From a bacterium (GTDB lineage: Bacteria > Patescibacteriota > Minisyncoccia > Minisyncoccales > JAZDGI01): a stretch of DNA of 64,000 nt. The notes below the pieces were generated by a model. It was not told the origin of the DNA. It made no database searches and saw only the letters and a list, made by a program, of their open reading frames with translations. This document shows, in pieces, positions 46,190 to 53,110 of this stretch. Made by a program: the position numbers and the translations under genes. Location of the stretch: the NCBI GenBank assembly GCA_043807085.1, contig JAZDGI010000013.1:1607-65606 (forward strand), read 5' to 3'. Within the stretch, counting starts at the first letter, position 1. Every line of letters begins with the position of its first letter.

Positions 46190-47605
46190 ATGAGTTTGAC
46201 CGGTTTGACAATCAAGCAAGTCCATGACGGTTTGGTAAAAAAGGAATTTTCGGTTGTGGAATTGACTAAGGCCTATTTGGAAAAAATAAAAAAAGTTGAT
46301 AAAGACATCAACGCTTATTTGGCTGTGACCGAGGATTTGGCTTTGGCGCAGGCCGAAGAAGTTGATAAAAAAATCGCCAGAGGAGAGGAATTGGATATTT
46401 TATCGGGCGTTCCCTGTTCCCTGAAAGATGTTTTTATGCTGGAGGGAGTAAAATGCACGGCCGGGTCGCGAATTCTGGAAAATTACATTGCGCCTTACGA
46501 CGCCACTGTGGTTAAAAAAATCAAGGATAGGGGAGCGGTAATTTTAGGGAAAAACAATACGGATGAGTTTACTATGGGGTCTTCGGGTGAAAATTCAGCT
46601 TTTGGCCCGACGAAAAATCCTTTGGATTTGAGTCGGGTGCCGGGTGGTTCTTCTTCGGGCCCGGCCGCGGCCGTGGCGGCTGATATGGCAGTCTTTGCTT
46701 TAGGCACAGACACGGGAGGATCAATTCGCCAGCCTGCTTCTTTTTGCGGCATAGTCGGATTAAAACCGACTTACGGCGCCGTTTCCCGTTACGGCGAAAT
46801 AGCTTACGCTTCATCTTTGGACCAGGCGGGACCGCTGGCTAAGACCGCGGAAGATTGCCAGATTGTATTTGAAGCCATAAAAGGCAAAGACCCAGCTGAT
46901 TCGACATCCGTCAAATCTAAGGTTTCGGATTTCGGATTTCGGATTTCGGATTTACGCATTGGTGTTCCCAAAGAATACTTTATTAAGGGGATTGATACCG
47001 AAGTTGAAAAAATAATAAAAAATGCGATAAAGAGATATGAAAAAATGGGAGCGAAAATTGAAGAAATCAGCTTGCCGCATACAAAATATGCTTTAGCGTG
47101 CTATTATATAATTGCAACCTCTGAAGCGTCGGCGAACTTGGCTCGTTATGATGGCATTAAATACGGGGCAAGCCAAAAAGCTGAAAACTTATTGGATGTT
47201 TATTTGAAGAGCAGGGAGGAGGGGCTTGGGCCGGAAGCGAGAAGGAGGATTGTGCTTGGGACCTATGTTTTGTCAGCCGGTTATTATGAGGCTTACTACT
47301 TAAGAGCGCAAAAAGTCAGAACGTTGATACGGCGTGATTTTGAAAAGGCTTTTGAGAAAGTGGATGCGATTTTTACACCAGTTTCTCCGACTACAGCTTT
47401 TAAATTAGGCGAAAAAATTGATGACCCTTTGACAATGTATTTATCTGATATTTTTACGATTTCCATAAACTTGGCTGGTTTGCCGGCGCTTTCTTTACCG
47501 GTCGGTTCGGCTAACGGTTTGCCGGTCGGTTTGCAAATAATCGGCCGTTGGTTTGAAGAAAATAAAATTTTAAATATCGGCAAGCTCTATGAGCAGCATA
47601 CTTGA
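46190..47605 (+). CDS. gatA: Glutamyl-tRNA(Gln) amidotransferase subunit A.
   Basis: Amidase signature GGSSSG...GTDTGGSIR; 471 aa. Confidence 0.9.
   Translation: MSLTGLTIKQVHDGLVKKEFSVVELTKAYLEKIKKVDKDINAYLAVTEDLALAQAEEVDKKIARGEELDILSGVPCSLKDVFMLEGVKCTAGSRILENYIAPYDATVVKKIKDRGAVILGKNNTDEFTMGSSGENSAFGPTKNPLDLSRVPGGSSSGPAAAVAADMAVFALGTDTGGSIRQPASFCGIVGLKPTYGAVSRYGEIAYASSLDQAGPLAKTAEDCQIVFEAIKGKDPADSTSVKSKVSDFGFRISDLRIGVPKEYFIKGIDTEVEKIIKNAIKRYEKMGAKIEEISLPHTKYALACYYIIATSEASANLARYDGIKYGASQKAENLLDVYLKSREEGLGPEARRRIVLGTYVLSAGYYEAYYLRAQKVRTLIRRDFEKAFEKVDAIFTPVSPTTAFKLGEKIDDPLTMYLSDIFTISINLAGLPALSLPVGSANGLPVGLQIIGRWFEENKILNIGKLYEQHT
46923..46954 (+). repeat. Tandem 7-nt repeat (TTTCGGA) x4.5 inside the gatA coding sequence.
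   Basis: ggtttcggatttcggatttcggatttcggattta. Confidence 0.7.
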
Positions 47606-48113
47606 TTTTGACATAATACAATTTTTTACCTCGCCGATCTATCGGACCCTGTTTTTCGTTTTTAAGTATGGCATGATGGTTTTTTCCGCGTTTTTATTCG
47701 GCATTATTGTTTTCTCTCTGCTTAAGACCACTTGGCTGAAAAGGCTCATTCTTTGGGATGCGCAGGAATTTTTGAGCTATCAGCCACACGACGCTAGGAA
47801 AATTCTTAAAGATTGGCAGAGGATTAAGAAAAGAATGGATACCGGTTTGGAGTCGGAATTCAAGATAGCGGTTATTGAGGCGGACACGATGCTTGACGAT
47901 GTTTTGAAAAAAATGGGCCGGTCCGGCGATAGCCTCGGAGAAAGACTGGATAAATTGACAACCGACACTCTTGGCAATCTCGCGGAGGTAAGGACGGCTC
48001 ATCAGACTAGAAATAATATAGTCCACGATCCTGATTACAGGTTAAGCATGGATGAAGCTGGAAAAGTTATTCAAATCCTAGAAAAAGCCCTTACCGATTT
48101 ACAAGCGCTCTAA
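47589..48113 (+). CDS. Membrane-anchored protein with a C-terminal DUF4145/HEPN-like domain. The start may instead be at the internal MMVF (~47673).
   Basis: N-terminal transmembrane segments; C-terminal LGERLDKL...LAEVRTAHQTRNNIVHDPDY gives an R-x4-H HEPN-type motif. Confidence 0.45.
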   Translation: MSSILDFDIIQFFTSPIYRTLFFVFKYGMMVFSAFLFGIIVFSLLKTTWLKRLILWDAQEFLSYQPHDARKILKDWQRIKKRMDTGLESEFKIAVIEADTMLDDVLKKMGRSGDSLGERLDKLTTDTLGNLAEVRTAHQTRNNIVHDPDYRLSMDEAGKVIQILEKALTDLQAL

Positions 48114-48131
48114 TTTTTGGTAAGATTACGC

Positions 48132-48202
48132 CGCGGGATAGAGTAGCAGTAGCTCGCGGGTCTCATAAGCCCGAGGCCCCCGTGCAAATCGGGGTCCCGC
48201 AA
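48132..48202 (+). tRNA. Initiator tRNA-fMet (CAT).
   Basis: Near-colinear with E. coli tRNAfMet; C1-A72 mismatch (CGCGGGA/TCCCGCA); GGG/CCC run in the anticodon stem; loop CTCATAA. Confidence 0.75.
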
Positions 48203-48210
48203 CATTTATT

Positions 48211-48282
48211 GCCGGCGTAGCTCAGTGGTAGAGCAATGCTTTCATAAGGCAGTGGTCGTCAGTCCGAATCTGACCGCCGGCA
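48211..48282 (+). tRNA. tRNA-Met (CAT), elongator; a lysidine tRNA-Ile cannot be excluded.
   Basis: Acceptor GCCGGCG/CGCCGGC; D-arm TAGCTCAGTGGTAGAGC; anticodon loop TTCATAA. Confidence 0.7.
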
Positions 48283-48301
48283 TTTGTCGAATTATTTATT
48301 T

Positions 48302-48376
48302 GGGCCCATAGTGTAGCCTGATTAACACGTCTCCCTGTCACGGAGAAGATCAGGGGTTTAAATCCCCTTGGGCCCG
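48302..48376 (+). tRNA. tRNA-Asp (GTC).
   Basis: Acceptor GGGCCCA/TGGGCCC; anticodon loop CTGTCAC; T-arm AGGGGTTTAAATCCCCT; followed by a T8 run. Confidence 0.75.
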
Positions 48377-48475
48377 CTTTTTTTTATTGACAACACTCTC
48401 TATTGTGTTAAAAGAGAATCAAGCGGGAGGGAGTACCTTCCCAATTAAATTTGACAAGAAAGGAGGTGATAGGTA

Positions 48476-48661
48476 ATGCCGGGAGCGATAGTCTTTACCG
48501 ATAGAATGACTGGAAGAATGGCCGAAGAGATTAGTAGGCAGACGGGTGAGCCAATAAGCTCTGAAAAAATCAGGGATATGCTAGAAAAGCCGGGCCCAGA
48601 AGAATTGATAGTTGAGGCGATTGTGGCGCGATTAAAGACGCCAGTTGGGTCGTCTTTGTAA
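48476..48661 (+). CDS. Small hypothetical protein (61 aa) at the 5' edge of the GC-shifted island.
   Basis: Strong SD aaaggaggtg 8 nt upstream; no recognisable motif. Confidence 0.4.
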   Translation: MPGAIVFTDRMTGRMAEEISRQTGEPISSEKIRDMLEKPGPEELIVEAIVARLKTPVGSSL

Positions 48662-48679
48662 AAAACAGAAAGGAAAGAT

Positions 48680-48895
48680 ATGGCGATAACGATTAGGGAT
48701 CTTCCTCTCGGACAAGGCGACATTACTCTTTCTTTCCGTAACAGAAAAAAAGAGAGAGTGAGAGGCTTGGTGGTTTTGCGTGGACGGAGAAAATATTTCA
48801 TTGCTCGAAATTCGCCCAAAGAGTCTTTCGGCCCTGGCACTTGCGTGGAAGATATTTGGTCTTTGAAAGGAAGTGCAAGACAGAAAAAAGCGTGA
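48680..48895 (+). CDS. Small hypothetical basic protein (71 aa).
   Basis: SD-like gaaaggaaag; 19 nt after the previous ORF; no recognisable motif. Confidence 0.35.
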   Translation: MAITIRDLPLGQGDITLSFRNRKKERVRGLVVLRGRRKYFIARNSPKESFGPGTCVEDIWSLKGSARQKKA

Positions 48896-48926
48896 GTCAG
48901 TAATAGAAAGAAGGAGTAAAAGGAAA

Positions 48927-49910
48927 ATGGAAGCAAGTAGTTTCGTTAACAGGTACTTTAAACGGGTGGCAAGCACTGAGTCAGTCCTCTGCGTTGGTTT
49001 GGACCCCACTCCCGAGCACGTGCCGCTCGATATGCGGAACGGGAATATTATTGGCGATATTGAGAGATATCTCCGCAAGGTTATTAGCATCGCCGCTCCG
49101 TTGGTGCCTGTCGTCAAGACTCAAGTCGCTTACTACTCTGCTCTCGGTCCAGAAGGCGAGGTAATGCTTAAAAGATTGATAGCCTACGCCCACGCCCTGG
49201 GGTTGCTTGTTATTCTTGATGCCAAGCGCGCGGACATCGGCGAGACCATGGAGCAGTACGGCAATGAGGTGTTCGGCGAATACGGGGTAGACGCTTGTAC
49301 CTTTGTTCCGTATCTCGGGCCTACTTTCAACCCGTCGTGGATGAAGTGGCTGGCACAAGGCCGGATGGTTATTTCCATGATTAGGATCAGTAATCCGGAG
49401 GCCGCGATACTCCAGGACCTTGAGCTGAAAGAAAGCGGACTCAAAGTTTACGAGTACTTGGCGGAGCTTGTGGCCGCTTGGAATGCTAAAGTCGTTAAGG
49501 AAACCAGTGGCTTAGGTGGTGTTGGCGGTGTCGTCGGGGCGACTTGGCCAGAGCAGGCGCCAAGATGTCGTGAGCTCGCCGGCGACGAAGTGTTCTTTCT
49601 AACTCCTGGCTACGGCGCCCAGGGTGGCGGAGCCGATGGGGCCGTCGCTGGGCTGCCAACCATCCCTAAGAAGGTAGATACCCTGGAGGTGGTGGGTGGT
49701 AGAAAGCTAATGGGCACCGTGAACAGTTCACGGGGCATCACGCTAACAAGCTGGTGGGACCCGAAAGCGAAACAGCCGCGAGAGGGGAAAGCGCTTGACT
49801 TAGTCGAGGCTGCGATTAAGGCTGCGAATACCGACCTTAACGCCGCGCTCGCACGCAAGCTCGGTATCCCTATATTGGTATCTCCTTATAGTGTAGTGTC
49901 TTTCGCATAG
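48927..49910 (+). CDS. pyrF: Orotidine 5'-phosphate decarboxylase, type 2 (actinobacterial/archaeal-like). Start chosen at MEASSF, after SD aaggag.
   Basis: LCVGLDPTPEH, VKTQVAYY, ILDAKRADIGETM, RISNPEA, GVVGATWPEQAP and LTPGYGAQGG match type-2 PyrF blocks. Confidence 0.8.
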   Translation: MEASSFVNRYFKRVASTESVLCVGLDPTPEHVPLDMRNGNIIGDIERYLRKVISIAAPLVPVVKTQVAYYSALGPEGEVMLKRLIAYAHALGLLVILDAKRADIGETMEQYGNEVFGEYGVDACTFVPYLGPTFNPSWMKWLAQGRMVISMIRISNPEAAILQDLELKESGLKVYEYLAELVAAWNAKVVKETSGLGGVGGVVGATWPEQAPRCRELAGDEVFFLTPGYGAQGGGADGAVAGLPTIPKKVDTLEVVGGRKLMGTVNSSRGITLTSWWDPKAKQPREGKALDLVEAAIKAANTDLNAALARKLGIPILVSPYSVVSFA

Positions 49911-49981
49911 GTAATCACTGAATAGGCGGCGGGGCGCGACGCGCGACCCGCCGCCACCAAAAACTCAAAAGGAGGTAAAAG

Positions 49982-50746
49982 ATGGGTGTTTTGATTGAGA
50001 TTTCCGATGACCACTTGGAGACACTTCGCAGATGCGGAGGATACTATGAATGTCCTAAGGATAGTAAGGGGCGTAGGATGGGACCCTTAGTCGGTTACGC
50101 CGGGAAATATCCGGGCCCTGATGGAATGGAGAAGCAATGGGTAGGGGATGTTTATGCGAATTTCGCAAAGGCAGACGAACACCCAAACGTGCTTTACAAC
50201 TACGCAACTTGCATGAACGTGAGGTTGTTAGGGTCAGTAATCGACAACATCGATGTATTCTGCGGTACGCCGATAGGTGGTTACAATTTCTCGGTAATTC
50301 TCGGGTGGACCTATAATCGCCGCGTCGTTAAAGCGGAGAAAAAAGTGACCGCTCTTGCCACTGAAAAAACGCGTGAGCAAACCGAGCTAGTCTTCGCCCG
50401 GCATGACATTGAAAGGGGGGTACGTTATGCGATCGTGGAGGATGTATGTAATAATTTCTCCACAACCGAGACGTTGATCGCCTTAATTATGTCGCTCGGG
50501 GGAAGCGTTACCGCTATCGTATGCGAACTGAACAGGTCACTCGACTTCGAGGATTACTACTATCCATCGAAAGTCGCCGGGGGACGTCTAATTCCGGTCG
50601 CCAGTCTGGTACGGAAGCCGATTCCGGAATACAGACAAGACGACCCCGCCGTGATAGACGATATCAGAATCGGTAATGTCGTCTGGAAGCCCAAAATCGA
50701 ATGGCCTCGCTTAATGAAAGCGATGGCAGATTCTCGCAACTATTGA
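49982..50746 (+). CDS. pyrE: Type I phosphoribosyltransferase, putative orotate phosphoribosyltransferase (PyrE-like).
   Basis: PRTase PRPP-binding motif YAIVEDVCNNFSTTETLIAL; FCGTPIGGYNF loop; strong SD aaaaggaggt; sits between pyrF and pyrD. Confidence 0.5.
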   Translation: MGVLIEISDDHLETLRRCGGYYECPKDSKGRRMGPLVGYAGKYPGPDGMEKQWVGDVYANFAKADEHPNVLYNYATCMNVRLLGSVIDNIDVFCGTPIGGYNFSVILGWTYNRRVVKAEKKVTALATEKTREQTELVFARHDIERGVRYAIVEDVCNNFSTTETLIALIMSLGGSVTAIVCELNRSLDFEDYYYPSKVAGGRLIPVASLVRKPIPEYRQDDPAVIDDIRIGNVVWKPKIEWPRLMKAMADSRNY

Positions 50747-50897
50747 GGTTCGGCCTCGATAGACGGCCCAAAGGGATTAAACGAATTTAATCCCCGCGGG
50801 CTTTTCTTTTTATTTAAATATGCTAGTTTCGGGGAAAGGGGAGGGATGGCACCTGGATAGCTCCTTCTCAATTTTAAAAGAAAGGACAAGGTTAGAA

Positions 50898-51821
50898 ATG
50901 ATCAAATTGAGCAATGGACACGAGTTGGAATTCCTGGCCGCGTCTGGTTCTTTGGCTTTTGACGGACGAGGCTGGCCGTGGGAATGGCCGCTTCGGTGGT
51001 TGGGGCTGCTGGATCCTTATCTTTTTACCATCGTGACCAAGACCATAATGCCGGAGCCCTGGAGGGGTAACCTTCGGTGGACTCATCCCTGGGATGTGGT
51101 GAAGTTTATATCCGAAGAGGGGAAGGAAATCCATCCGATTAAAGCGTTAACGAATCCTGCCTCAATTGGCGGAGTAATAAACGCAATTGGCTTGACCGGG
51201 CCGGGCGTTGAAACGTGGATAGAAAATGATTATCCTAAAATTGAGCGATCTGGACTTAAGGTGATTGTTTCAATCACCAGAGAGAGGGGGCAGAGCTGTC
51301 GTGGTATGGTTAAGAGGCTAAGCGGTCTTAAAAACGTTGTGGGGATTGAGTATAATTCCTCTTGCCCGAATGTTGGCCCCATTCTTTTAGATAGCCCAGA
51401 GATAGTGATCAGAAATTGTTGCGAAATAAAGGGGGAGTCTGACTATCCTGTTTTGTTAAAGCTTGGTTACGCACAGCCGTACCTTGAGATTGCCATGGCA
51501 TTACAGGGTACAGTTGAGGCAATCAGCATCAATACCGTTCCTTGGAAAACAATTTTTGGCGGAAAAATTTCTCCCTTGGCGAAGTACGGCGGAGGAGGAG
51601 TTTCGGGACCTGTTGCCAAGCCGATTATCTGGAAAATGATTTCCGAGCTAGCTCGGGAGATATCCATTCCGGTTATCGGCGCTGGTATTTGGGAGTACGA
51701 AGACATTTCGCGGCTGAAGAGTTTTGGCGCTTCCGCTTTCCAAACGGGCACTTTGTTTTTGCCTTACCCTTGTCGGCCGACAAGGTATGTTAAGAGATGG
51801 CGGCAAGAGAGGGGGGGGTGA
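50898..51821 (+). CDS. pyrD: Dihydroorotate dehydrogenase, class 1(A)-like. Start chosen at MIKLSNG.
   Basis: IEYNSSCPNV (ELNLSCPN motif with catalytic Cys); GGGGVSGPVAKP; IPVIGAGIWEYED...TGTLF. Confidence 0.8.
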   Translation: MIKLSNGHELEFLAASGSLAFDGRGWPWEWPLRWLGLLDPYLFTIVTKTIMPEPWRGNLRWTHPWDVVKFISEEGKEIHPIKALTNPASIGGVINAIGLTGPGVETWIENDYPKIERSGLKVIVSITRERGQSCRGMVKRLSGLKNVVGIEYNSSCPNVGPILLDSPEIVIRNCCEIKGESDYPVLLKLGYAQPYLEIAMALQGTVEAISINTVPWKTIFGGKISPLAKYGGGGVSGPVAKPIIWKMISELAREISIPVIGAGIWEYEDISRLKSFGASAFQTGTLFLPYPCRPTRYVKRWRQERGG

Positions 51822-51865
51822 TGACCGTTGAATCTTTTTGGTTCAGCGGCTTTTTGTTTGCCTTC

Positions 51866-51889
51866 GCTCGCTTTTGGCGAGCTTTTTTG
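51866..51889 (+). terminator. Rho-independent terminator (GCTCGC-ttttg-GCGAGC-TTTTTT) at the island's right edge.
   Basis: Seen directly in the sequence. Confidence 0.7.
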
Positions 51890-51964
51890 TTGAATGAGAT
51901 GGGCCTAAGTTATCCCCAGCTTGGGGTTGATTTTGGTTAAAAATTAAGCTATAATTAAAGAGTT

Positions 51965-53110
51965 ATGCGGAAAAACATTGCCATAAAAGACGAAAAGGAA
52001 AACGTTTTGATTGAGGATCTGAACAAAAGAAACGATATCAAAGCGGAAAGAATAAAGAGGTTGTTAAGGCTTCCGGACCTGACAAAAAAAGAAAATTCTC
52101 CGGTTAAAATTTTGACTGACGAGATTATCAAATTGCCAAGATTTGCCGATTTTGATTTGGTTGATATTCCAAGAATAGTTACAGTAGAAAAATGTTTTGA
52201 CTTACTTAATGCGCCGAAGGATCATCCTAGCAGGAGGGAAACAGATACTTATTATCTTACAGATAAAGATATTTTAAGAACAGAAATGACCGTAATGTGG
52301 CCCTATTATTTGAGAGATAAAGAGGTTTTAGAAAGATTGGAAAAAGAAGGATATGTCGCTGCTTTGTCTCCGGGAATAGTTTTTAGAAAAGATGAAATTG
52401 ACAGAAAGCATTTTCCGGCTTTCCATCAAATAGATTTTTTGTATATTTGCCGAAAAGACCAAAGAATCATTACTTTAAAAGAATTGCAAGACGTTCAGGC
52501 CGATGGAGTTAAAATTATTTTTGGAGAAGATATAGGGTTTAGGTTTTTGGTTGATACCTTTCCTTTCACGGATCCATCCACTCAAATAGAAATTAAAGTT
52601 GGAGAGAATTGGATAGAGGTTGCAGGATCTGGTCTTGTGCATACGCAGTGTCTTAAAAATTTTGGATTAGATCCGGAAGTTTACAACGGCTGGGCCGGTA
52701 CTTTTGGAATTGATAGACTCGCTATGATAAAAATGGGGATTCCTGACATTAGAATACTTTGGTCGGATGACCCAAGGATTACCAGCCAGTTCAAAGACAT
52801 AAATAGCAAGTATAAAGAAGTAAGCAAATACCCGGAAATTTCAAGAGACATTTCTTTTGTCATTGATAAAAATATAAATTTGAATAATTATTACGAAATT
52901 GTCAGAGATTTTGCCGAGAATTTGATAGAAGAAGTGAGGCTTATAGACAGCTACGAAGATGAAAAAAAGTTTGGCAAAGACAAAAAGAGCTACACTTTCA
53001 GGATTGTTTATCGGTCTCCGGAAAGAACATTAAAGAATGATGAAGTAAATAAAATTCAGGAAGAAATAAGAAACAAAACAAAGCAAGATTTAAATGCCGT
53101 CTTACGTTAA
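51965..53110 (+). CDS. pheS: Phenylalanyl-tRNA synthetase, apparently a single-chain form: PheS catalytic core fused to a C-terminal FDX-ACB anticodon-binding domain.
   Basis: DHPSRRETDTYY motif 1 region; FRKDEIDRKHFPAFHQIDFL; C-terminus YPEISRDISFVID...RTLKNDEVN resembles the PheT/mitochondrial PheRS FDX-ACB domain. Confidence 0.7.
   Translation: MRKNIAIKDEKENVLIEDLNKRNDIKAERIKRLLRLPDLTKKENSPVKILTDEIIKLPRFADFDLVDIPRIVTVEKCFDLLNAPKDHPSRRETDTYYLTDKDILRTEMTVMWPYYLRDKEVLERLEKEGYVAALSPGIVFRKDEIDRKHFPAFHQIDFLYICRKDQRIITLKELQDVQADGVKIIFGEDIGFRFLVDTFPFTDPSTQIEIKVGENWIEVAGSGLVHTQCLKNFGLDPEVYNGWAGTFGIDRLAMIKMGIPDIRILWSDDPRITSQFKDINSKYKEVSKYPEISRDISFVIDKNINLNNYYEIVRDFAENLIEEVRLIDSYEDEKKFGKDKKSYTFRIVYRSPERTLKNDEVNKIQEEIRNKTKQDLNAVLR

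Noticed and set aside
48380-51900. Island called as an integrative element or prophage remnant.
   Set aside because: No integrase, recombinase or phage structural genes in or next to it, and no evident direct repeat of the tRNA-Asp 3' end. It is treated as an HGT island of unknown mechanism instead.
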